64,000 bases of DNA, from contig JACQCZ010000016.1 of assembly GCA_016201405.1 (NCBI GenBank), forward strand, positions 23,798-87,797, read 5' to 3'. A model generated the notes under the pieces. It saw nothing but the letters and a program-made list of their open reading frames with translations. It did no database searches and was not told the DNA's origin. Both the position numbers and the translations under genes were made by a program. Each line of letters opens with the position of its first letter. The stretch's first letter is position 1. This document shows, piece after piece, positions 40,747 through 48,568 of the stretch. This stretch comes from Candidatus Acetothermia bacterium (GTDB taxonomy: Bacteria > Bipolaricaulota > Bipolaricaulia > RBG-16-55-9).

Positions 40747-40894
40747 TACACTGATACAGTCCCCAATAAATCAGAACAATTTGATGATTCGGCTTATGAT
40801 ACATCGGTGATACATGATAAATAATGATACACGTATCATCTATGTATCAGAGAGTGTATCATAAGAAAAGGCCCATGGAATCAGGAATGTATCA
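40744..40894. repeat. Mirror-symmetric array of TGATACA/TGTATCA heptamers
   Basis: TGATACA at 40744, 40752, 40797, 40808, 40825 (variant TGATAAA at 40815); reverse complement TGTATCA at 40843, 40855, 40888 (variant CGTATCA at 40832). Confidence 0.9.
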
Positions 40895-40934
40895 CAATAT
40901 CAGTATTAGACGGCGTGTTGGAACAAAACGCTAC

Positions 40935-41996
40935 TCAATTCCAGGGAAGGACAAACTCCCAGTTGGGTCCCCTGAAGTAAGTCCCGATGATGACGAGCGC
41001 CAAGAAGAGGAGCATTGAGAATGTGAAGGCCATCACGGTGATGGGACGGGCACTCAGTCTTCTTCCTGGCAATGTCTTTCGGTCTCGCCTCCAAAACTCC
41101 AAGTAAGGCTCGATATACGGAATAGACATCCAGAAGAAGACGATGATCCCAGGCAGAATGACTCCACCAATCGAGATGGAGTTCAAGAAGCCACCTAGGT
41201 TAGGCGAGATTGCTAGCAGCTCTTGAATGCCCAGGAAATACCATGGAGCCTTCTCAGGATTGGGCGTAAATGTTGGCGTGGCAGCATGCTCTAGAGGTGC
41301 ATCGACCAGCAAGGCATAGACACTCAGCCCCCCCAGCAAGAAGAACAATACAGTGGCCACGACATAGAGATAATAGGGATAGGCCAATATCTCTTCGCGC
41401 TTTTCCATCTCGGCTGGGATGCGGCCCGAGAAGACTTTGATCATCATTTCGACCATGCGCTCGGTAAGGGGATGAGTAGACGGGATCTCACGCACCCGAT
41501 CTTCTTTGAGAAGGAATTCAAGAAGATCACAGAGCACGCGAAAATCAGCAGCGTCTCCACCACCATCGACTAGAATATGAACACGTCGCCGCAGATCTTT
41601 CAATCGCTTAATCGTGATCGCTTGCGAAGAATTGAATCGAACTTCATTCAGATGCTCAGCACAGTAATCAACAATGTCTGCAAGAAGGCCAGGATCAATA
41701 TCCATCGCCTCGGCCACTTCGTAGCCGGGGACTTCAATCTCTAAGTCTTCTGCAACTTTGACTTGACAGGAGAGGCGCCAACTCTTGGCGACTTTGTCTT
41801 TGAGCAGATCCTTCTCGTTGAAGTTGGGATCGCCGCCGCCCTTGAGAATGCGAACGGCACAGGTGGAGCAGGTCCCACGGCCTCCGCAGGTTGCGGGAAG
41901 GCTGCGGTTGTAGCCCTTCTCCTGAATGAATGTAAGGAGGTTTGTCCCTGTGGCAACTTCAAATTCCTCTTGGCCCAGAATTGTTACTTTAGGCAT
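40935..41996 (-). CDS. [2Fe-2S] ferredoxin domain fused to cytochrome b6 subunit IV (PetD/QcrC-like)
   Basis: CGGRGTCSTC...RLSCQ; C-terminal three TM helices with APLE.A.P..TPNPEKAPWYFLGIQELL and FRGPNW. Confidence 0.82.
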   Translation of the reverse strand: MPKVTILGQEEFEVATGTNLLTFIQEKGYNRSLPATCGGRGTCSTCAVRILKGGGDPNFNEKDLLKDKVAKSWRLSCQVKVAEDLEIEVPGYEVAEAMDIDPGLLADIVDYCAEHLNEVRFNSSQAITIKRLKDLRRRVHILVDGGGDAADFRVLCDLLEFLLKEDRVREIPSTHPLTERMVEMMIKVFSGRIPAEMEKREEILAYPYYLYVVATVLFFLLGGLSVYALLVDAPLEHAATPTFTPNPEKAPWYFLGIQELLAISPNLGGFLNSISIGGVILPGIIVFFWMSIPYIEPYLEFWRRDRKTLPGRRLSARPITVMAFTFSMLLFLALVIIGTYFRGPNWEFVLPWN

Positions 41997-42918
41997 GTTG
42001 CGTGCTCGCCGATTTTACTCCGCTTAAGAGACTCTTCAATCTCTCGGTAACGGCGGATCCGCCTGGGAAACAGCCATCGGGTGAGGCTTTGCCTTGGGCA
42101 ACAGCCTGAGCAAACTGGTCGCAGGTCATCAAGCCACAGGCTTCGCAATCAAATCCAGGAAGCTGCACCCGAAGCTCTTTTGCAAGGGGTGTCATCTCAT
42201 GGCGACTAAAGACCGGCCAGAGGAGCATGAGCGGTTTATAGAGTCGAATGAGCATATCATTCTCGACCGGCATCTGACAGGCAATCACCCAGCCTTCATT
42301 CTTCTGACGGGGCGTCAAGACAGGGCCATAATTCTTATCGTCGAGATCCTGATTCTTTTGCAATACGCGCACTCGGCACGACGCGCATTCTCCTTGCGCA
42401 CTGCATTGGGTGAGGAGCTTGTAGCCGGCAGACTCCAGACCACGAATCAGCATCTCGCCCTGCTTGAGCGAGACAACATCTCCAGTATTTTCAATCTCCA
42501 CGAAACAGCGAGGTTGATGAACTTCGCGAGATTTCTTGAGTGTGTGCAGCAAAGTGAGCACCGATCCACCAATAAGCACCGGAACGAGCAGAGCAGAAAA
42601 TGTGGCAATCTCTGAGCTGTAAATTAAATATGCGATTAGACTCACAAGAAGCACAATTAACAGGACTTGAGCCCACGTGGGGGGGTCAGTCGTTTTGAAT
42701 TTCTCGAATAGAGCTTCAACGGCTAGAGCCACCAACTGGCATACAATCAGACCAACAGCAGCCGACTCGATGATTTGAACTAGACCTAGCTCAAACTGGC
42801 GGATCGTAAAGAAAACGATCAAAAATCCAAGAGTTCCAATGGCAATGGTCATCCAGCGCCATACCCACTTTTGCCCTTCCCATTCAGCTCTCACAAGTTG
42901 GACAGTCTTGGCACTCAT
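41989..42918 (-). CDS. Membrane-anchored [2Fe-2S] + RnfB-type [4Fe-4S] domain protein
   Basis: About four TM segments, CSAQGECASC...IACQ, then LPGFDCEACGLMTC..FA...CFPGG. Confidence 0.78.
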   Translation of the reverse strand: MSAKTVQLVRAEWEGQKWVWRWMTIAIGTLGFLIVFFTIRQFELGLVQIIESAAVGLIVCQLVALAVEALFEKFKTTDPPTWAQVLLIVLLVSLIAYLIYSSEIATFSALLVPVLIGGSVLTLLHTLKKSREVHQPRCFVEIENTGDVVSLKQGEMLIRGLESAGYKLLTQCSAQGECASCRVRVLQKNQDLDDKNYGPVLTPRQKNEGWVIACQMPVENDMLIRLYKPLMLLWPVFSRHEMTPLAKELRVQLPGFDCEACGLMTCDQFAQAVAQGKASPDGCFPGGSAVTERLKSLLSGVKSASTQHA

Positions 42919-43955
42919 CGCGCTCGTCCATAGCTTCTCGGAGTGGTCAAGCGATTGAGCAGTGGAACAGAGGCGTTAGCGAGCAAGACAGAGAATGTGA
43001 CCCCTTCGTTGTCTCCAGCAACCGCCCGCAGCCCAAGCACCAAGAGGCCGATCAGAACTCCATAAATCAATTTTCCATGGAGAGTCATGGGACTGGTCAC
43101 AGGATCAGAGGCGATCAAGAATGCAGTAAATAGTAGGCTTCCTCCTAGAAGATGCAGGAGAGGTCCACCAATGAATACCGTAGGAAAGAGCATCTCCAGA
43201 AAAGCTTCACCAATCCCAACTGTGGCTAGGATCATGATCGAGACGCGCCAGTTTACAGTTCGCGTGAAGAGCATCCAGAAGCCTGCGAACAACATCAAAA
43301 TTCCAGACGTTGCTCCGATCGCACCTGGGACATTCCCGAGCAGAAGTTGTCCCGCGTCGTATGGAGAGCCAACTTGCATGACTATACTTAGTGGAGTTGT
43401 AGCCACCACTTGCGCATCTGGTGGTGCCCATACCGCAAAACCGCCCGGCCAACTTGAGAAGGGGACTGCCCAGTGCGTAGTCATCAATACCGGGAAAATC
43501 ACAATGAGCAAGGCTTTCCCAACCAAGACTGGGTTGAATAGATAAAATCCCAAGCCACCCAAAAGCTGTCGTGAGAGCGCCGCCAGCCCTGCACCAATCG
43601 CAACTATCCACAAGGGTAAGTTCGGAGGAAGTAAGAGGCTGAACAGGACGGCAATTACCAACAATCCGCTAACACGGCCACTGCCACGCAGCACTGAAAA
43701 GATCAACTCAATCACTCCCACAACAACCAGTGCCACCAGTATCACGGCCAGCACATGCAATCCAAAAAAGAAGATGCCACCCAGCACGGCTGGAGCGGCT
43801 GCAATGAGCGGCATCGTGAAAAAGCGCTGGACGTTTACGCCATCGCGAAGATAAGGCGGCCCCGAGACCGAGCGATCGCTGCCTCCGTAGAGCACTTCGT
43901 TTACGGCAGTAGCAACAACAGAGAAGTTGGACGAGCTCTTTGCAGACTGGCTCAT
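42915..43955 (-). CDS. rnfD: RnfD/NqrB-family membrane subunit
   Basis: LLLPP, GGLG..LFNP, ATTPL, SDPVTSP, EGVTF.VLLAN. Confidence 0.88.
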   Translation of the reverse strand: MSQSAKSSSNFSVVATAVNEVLYGGSDRSVSGPPYLRDGVNVQRFFTMPLIAAAPAVLGGIFFFGLHVLAVILVALVVVGVIELIFSVLRGSGRVSGLLVIAVLFSLLLPPNLPLWIVAIGAGLAALSRQLLGGLGFYLFNPVLVGKALLIVIFPVLMTTHWAVPFSSWPGGFAVWAPPDAQVVATTPLSIVMQVGSPYDAGQLLLGNVPGAIGATSGILMLFAGFWMLFTRTVNWRVSIMILATVGIGEAFLEMLFPTVFIGGPLLHLLGGSLLFTAFLIASDPVTSPMTLHGKLIYGVLIGLLVLGLRAVAGDNEGVTFSVLLANASVPLLNRLTTPRSYGRAR

Positions 43956-45373
43956 TCTTGCAACCTCTCCTCACGCAGCTCGTGCTTGCCCTTTTGAATC
44001 TGTTCGAGAACTGGAATCTTTGAAGGGCAGACATAGCTGCATAGCCCGCAGTCAATGCAGGCAAAAATATCAAGCTCTTGAGCTCGCTCCATCTGACCTT
44101 GATCCGCAGCCTGTGCAATCCAGATCGGGAAGAGATTCTGAGGGCAGACATCGACGCAATACCCACATTGGATACAGGAGCTCTCTGGACCATTCAATCC
44201 CGTCGTCGCTTTGCGTGCTCTCCCAAGAATCGGTGGAATGATGCGTGCATATGAATCCAAACCAAATCCTGGCATCAACCCACCCAGCAGGCGCTTTTTC
44301 GGTCTCTTAAGTGCAAGCAATGCAGTGGAATCTCGTAGAATGGGAGTTGTCTCATCAACGGCAGTCCCCCGCATCGGTCCGCCCAGAATGATTGCAGACT
44401 GGGCTTGATGCCCAAATATGTGGAGTAATTCTCCAGCGGGAGTTCCAATGCGGACCCGGGCATTGACTGGCCTGTCAACTGCAGAGCCTCCGATCGAGAT
44501 GAGCGCTTCTACAAGAGGCTTTCCTTCAATGGCCGCGTCGTACGCGGCAATCACCTGTGGGGTGCTCACCACCACGACACCAATCGCTGTTGAGAGCTGC
44601 CCCGATGGAACTTCCAAATTGAGCAGTGATTTGATCAGAACTTCATCTTCGCCCTGCGGATATTTAGGCAAGAGCGGATGCAAGAAGAGCCAGTCATGAT
44701 ATTCAAGGCGATTGGCAATCTCTTCTAGAATTTGAGGCTGATCATAGCCAATCCCAACATGAACTTCGATATTTCCAAGAGCAGCTTTCAGAACTTTGAT
44801 TCCTGAGACAAATTTCTCAAATTCCTCATAAAGAAGAGTCTTCGACACTTCCAGATAGGGCTCTGTCTCGACAGCATTGATGAGCAGATATTTGATCTTG
44901 TCTGGTTCAACAGTTGACGAATGCAGAGTCGTTGGAAGACCTGACTTCCCCAGCGCAGTAACGCCGGCTTCGTAGAGAACCCGCCCCAATTCCGCTCCGC
45001 CCCAGCGCTCGAAGTTCCCGGGGAGCAATCTCAATCTCTGCCATTCATCTGCTCCACTGCCCTCGATTGCAACTACAAGGGTCGGCTTGCCATCTATAGG
45101 ATGTTTCTCTTCCCGAATTGATGTGACCCGCCCCGTGATAGACGAAAGAATGGGAGTCGAGATCTTTTCATCAGAGCGTGCAATAATTTGTCCCGTCTTG
45201 ACGGAATCTCCAACAGATACAAGCAGCGCGGCCTCATCACCAAAGCCTTGGCGCAATGGAATGATAACTCGCTTGGGAAGCGGAGCATCAACAACTGAGC
45301 CTGAAGGGGTTCCTTCAAACGTCTTGAAATAATGGCCCCCCTTGAAGGTCTTGAGTGTGCCGATGATGGCCAC
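43952..45373 (-). CDS. rnfC: RnfC-family subunit (divergent)
   Basis: TFKGG, GDSVKTGQ, ETEPY, KYPQG, RIGTP, GGPM, CIQCGYCVDVCP, CIDCGLCSYVCP. Confidence 0.88.
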   Translation of the reverse strand: MAIIGTLKTFKGGHYFKTFEGTPSGSVVDAPLPKRVIIPLRQGFGDEAALLVSVGDSVKTGQIIARSDEKISTPILSSITGRVTSIREEKHPIDGKPTLVVAIEGSGADEWQRLRLLPGNFERWGGAELGRVLYEAGVTALGKSGLPTTLHSSTVEPDKIKYLLINAVETEPYLEVSKTLLYEEFEKFVSGIKVLKAALGNIEVHVGIGYDQPQILEEIANRLEYHDWLFLHPLLPKYPQGEDEVLIKSLLNLEVPSGQLSTAIGVVVVSTPQVIAAYDAAIEGKPLVEALISIGGSAVDRPVNARVRIGTPAGELLHIFGHQAQSAIILGGPMRGTAVDETTPILRDSTALLALKRPKKRLLGGLMPGFGLDSYARIIPPILGRARKATTGLNGPESSCIQCGYCVDVCPQNLFPIWIAQAADQGQMERAQELDIFACIDCGLCSYVCPSKIPVLEQIQKGKHELREERLQE

Positions 45374-46149
45374 TAGGCTGCCTCCTCAGGTGGGGTGGAG
45401 TATTCATCTTTGCGAATTCTCCAGAAGTGTACGGCGATCAAAAGCACAATCAGCGTTGGCAACAGAAATACATGAATCACATACCAGCGAATGAGTGAGA
45501 ACTGATCCAGGTTGTTGCAGTTATCAACACCCAGAAGCCCTTGCCGCACCTGGTTGCCTATAAACGGGGCACTGTTGGCGATGTTGCAAGCGATCTTCGC
45601 AGCATAATATCCCAACTGATCCCATGGCAAAATATAGCCTGAGAATGCAAACATAATGGTGATGAGCAGAAGCAAAATTCCAATGATCCAGTTGAATTCT
45701 CGCGGTCTCTGATAGGCTCCCTTAAAAAACACAACAATCATGTGCATAAAGACGGCAAGCACCATCAGCTCACCCGCCCACTTATGAAGATTGCGGAAAT
45801 ATCGCCCCAAGTCTACCTGGTTGACGATATAGCGGATCGTGTCAAAAGCACGCTCTACAGAAGGGACATAGTAAAACATTAAGAAAATCCCCGAGATCAC
45901 TAAGATCACAAAGAGCCAGAATGTGATAACCCCCATCCAGAACCAGCTATAGGTAAGACGCATCGAGCTCTTATTGATCGTGGCTGGGAGAATATGCACA
46001 AAGAAATTTTTCCGGTTCATCGCCAGAAAGTCGCTCTCAGTTTGTGGCAAATGCTCACGGCGGAAGATGGAGGTCCAGAGCTTAGTCCGGCGCAACTGCT
46101 GCATCACTAAAACAAACTTATCGATCAGGCTGAAAAATATTGTATCCAC
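45373..46149 (-). CDS. Cytochrome b6-like subunit (PetB/QcrB, N-terminal half of split cytochrome b)
   Basis: SGIFLMFYYVP, heme His pairs LHKW/FMHM and VIHV/AVHF, PREFNW, GYILPWDQ. Confidence 0.93.
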   Translation of the reverse strand: MDTIFFSLIDKFVLVMQQLRRTKLWTSIFRREHLPQTESDFLAMNRKNFFVHILPATINKSSMRLTYSWFWMGVITFWLFVILVISGIFLMFYYVPSVERAFDTIRYIVNQVDLGRYFRNLHKWAGELMVLAVFMHMIVVFFKGAYQRPREFNWIIGILLLLITIMFAFSGYILPWDQLGYYAAKIACNIANSAPFIGNQVRQGLLGVDNCNNLDQFSLIRWYVIHVFLLPTLIVLLIAVHFWRIRKDEYSTPPEEAA

Positions 46150-46156
46150 AGTTCAA

Positions 46157-46789
46157 TTATCCCTGGCAGGGCTTGCAGTCCTTGCCCTCCGGCAAAACTC
46201 CCTTCACCATTTGACCCTGCTCCGGGTCAAAATATAGATCATGCCCCACCCCTACTCCTGCTAAACGACTCAACTCATCCGTCGCAGTTGTTTTGCCTTT
46301 GTCCACGATCAGACGCCCATCAGCAGAGAGACTGATCTCATAGAATGGCAAAGGTTTGGGAGCTGGCCCTCCGATGCGCTGTCCATTGCGTGCGAATACA
46401 CTTCCATGACAGGGGCACTGCGCGTGAACCACCGGGTAATCTGGGCTGGGTGGTCCAAACGGCTTGTATGAGCAGCCAAGGTGAGTGCAGATGGCCGAGA
46501 CCGCCTGAAATCCCTCTTGACTGCGAAAGATATAGACCTGGTATGTATCCAAGAGCTTCATGTCGCCAACCTGATAATCACTCGGTGGCCCTATGCTAAA
46601 GCTGGTCTTAGGCTCAAAGTTAAGCTTGGGCAAGATGAACGCAACTACGCTGGTAAACACACCACCCATCGTCAAAAGGAATGCGGTCAATCCAATACGG
46701 GTAAGAAATTTTCGGCGGGTGAATTGCTGCGCTGTCGGGGACTCTTCAAATCCAGATTGCTCGGTTATTTTTGGCTTTCTCTTGAACAT
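46157..46789 (-). CDS. Rieske [2Fe-2S] subunit (PetC/QcrA)
   Basis: Tat motif TRRKFL + TM helix, CTHLGC, CPCHGS, GPAPKPL. Confidence 0.93.
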   Translation of the reverse strand: MFKRKPKITEQSGFEESPTAQQFTRRKFLTRIGLTAFLLTMGGVFTSVVAFILPKLNFEPKTSFSIGPPSDYQVGDMKLLDTYQVYIFRSQEGFQAVSAICTHLGCSYKPFGPPSPDYPVVHAQCPCHGSVFARNGQRIGGPAPKPLPFYEISLSADGRLIVDKGKTTATDELSRLAGVGVGHDLYFDPEQGQMVKGVLPEGKDCKPCQG

Positions 46790-46906
46790 AATCGTTTTAG
46801 ATCCTCAGCATCGTATCCCCCCAAATTCAGCGTTTGTATGATCCTGATCATTCAAAGCAGTCACACAATCTTGCGAAAAATCGAGAATTTGAGGGGTTCA
46901 GACCGC

Positions 46907-46935
46907 ATTATAGTGATTGATCCGTGAGGAGTCAA
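46907..46935 (-). promoter_or_regulatory. Near-consensus sigma70 promoter of the Rieske/cyt b-Rnf operon
   Basis: TTGACT (46935-46930)-N17-TATAAT (46912-46907). Confidence 0.75.
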
Positions 46936-47087
46936 TCGAAGGTTTATGTGTCATAAGATGGGAAAGAAAACCAGCATCGGCAGCCGATCATGGCTCGGAA
47001 TCGAAGAACCGATCTATCGTGGTCAGGCATCTTTTGTATAATAATGACCAACAAAATTTCGGAAATGAAAATGTCAAGAAGGAGCTT

Positions 47088-48566
47088 ATGAAATATAAGA
47101 ATTGGATTGGCGGCAATTGGGTCGATGCCAAGAGCGGCAGGACCTTTCAGTCCATAAGCCCGGCGGACAACTCTGATATTCTCGGTGAATTTCCCTTCTC
47201 TGAAAAGCAGGATGTCAATGCTGCTGTCGAAGCTGCTGATAAGGCCTTCCATGATTGGAGTCACATTCCATCTCCACGGAGAGGTGAGCTTCTTTTCGCA
47301 GTCGGCGAATTACTCAAAGGGCGCAAAGAAGAGCTGGCAAAGATTATGACGCGTGAGATGGGCAAGGTCTTAAATGAAGCCAGAGGGGACGTCCAAGAGG
47401 CCATCGACATGGCCTACTATGTCGGGGGTGAAGGTCGGCGCCTTCTTGGGTACGTCACTCCCTCTGAGCTGCCCAATAAGACTTGTTATGCCATCCGACG
47501 CCCAGTTGGACGAGTAGCACTCATCACTCCCTGGAACTTTCCAATTGCTGTACCGAGCTGGAAGATCTTCCCAGCCCTCATTGCCGGCAACACAATCGTC
47601 TGGAAGCCTGCCCAAGATACCCCACGAATTGCCTATGAATTCTCAAGAGTCTTTGAAGAGGCTGGAATTCCAAAAGGCGTCTTCAATTTGCTATTTGGTT
47701 TTGGGAGAGAAGCAGGTCAAGCTCTTGTAGAACATGCCAAGATCGACATGATCTCATTTACAGGATCTGTGGATGTCGGACGCCATATCTATGAGATGGG
47801 AGCAAAGAAGATCAATCATGTCCATCTGGAGCTGGGTGGAAAGAACCCCATATTAGTCATGGAAGATGCTGGTCTGGAATTGGCGGCCGATGCGATCCTC
47901 TGGAGCGCATTCGGAACGACTGGGCAGCGCTGCACGGCCTGCTCTCGACTGATTGTGGTCGAGTCTGTTCATGATCCGTTAATCGCAATCTTGGTCAAAA
48001 AGGCCAAGAAGCTGAAACTGGGCAATGGCCTAAACGCAGATGTCGAGATAGGACCAGTCATCAACAAGACCCAACTCAAGAGCATTCATGACTATGTTGA
48101 GTTGGGCATAAAAGAAGGAGCCAAGCTGGAGATCGGTGGCAAGATCGCTACAGAAGGCGATCTTGCCAAAGGGACATTCTATATGCCGACAATCTTCACA
48201 GGTGTGACTCCAGAAATGAGAATATTCCAAGAAGAGATTTTTGGGCCTGTTCTGACTGTTAGCAAAGCAAAAGGTTATGAACATGCTATCGAGCTGGCCA
48301 ACGACACCCAGTTCGGATTATCCTCTGCAATCTTCACTCGGAATGTCTACACCGCCCAACGCGCTATTGATGATCTGGAAGCAGGAATCACGTATATCAA
48401 TTATGGCACGACCGGTGCAGAAGTTCACTTGCCCTTTGGTGGAGTGAAGAATACCGGGAATGGTGGACGCGAGGCCGGTCAGGCTGCTATTGAGCAATAT
48501 TCAGAGTGGAAGACTGTCTATATTGATTACTCTGGCCATCTACAGAAAGCCCAAGGAATTGATTGA
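47088..48566 (+). CDS. Aldehyde dehydrogenase family protein
   Basis: [43 protein letters not shown] before ATG 47088. Confidence 0.95.
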   Translation: MKYKNWIGGNWVDAKSGRTFQSISPADNSDILGEFPFSEKQDVNAAVEAADKAFHDWSHIPSPRRGELLFAVGELLKGRKEELAKIMTREMGKVLNEARGDVQEAIDMAYYVGGEGRRLLGYVTPSELPNKTCYAIRRPVGRVALITPWNFPIAVPSWKIFPALIAGNTIVWKPAQDTPRIAYEFSRVFEEAGIPKGVFNLLFGFGREAGQALVEHAKIDMISFTGSVDVGRHIYEMGAKKINHVHLELGGKNPILVMEDAGLELAADAILWSAFGTTGQRCTACSRLIVVESVHDPLIAILVKKAKKLKLGNGLNADVEIGPVINKTQLKSIHDYVELGIKEGAKLEIGGKIATEGDLAKGTFYMPTIFTGVTPEMRIFQEEIFGPVLTVSKAKGYEHAIELANDTQFGLSSAIFTRNVYTAQRAIDDLEAGITYINYGTTGAEVHLPFGGVKNTGNGGREAGQAAIEQYSEWKTVYIDYSGHLQKAQGID

Positions 48567-48568
48567 GG

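Noticed and set aside
40744..40894. Array as CRISPR, canonical parS, DnaA boxes or dif
   Set aside because: Units are 7 bp with irregular spacers. TGTATCA resembles a parS half-site, but there is no TGTTTCA-CG-TGAAACA arrangement, no TTATCCACA and no dif match.
40577..41094. Short ORFs across the repeat array
   Set aside because: They overlap jag or subunit IV and merely translate the heptamer repeats.
40935..45373. Canonical Rnf or Na+-NQR operon
   Set aside because: No RnfG/E/A or NqrC/D/E, and no NqrF FAD/NAD domain.
46917..47087. N-terminal extension of the aldehyde dehydrogenase ORF
   Set aside because: Overlaps the divergent promoter; the RBS and family N-terminus fit ATG 47088.
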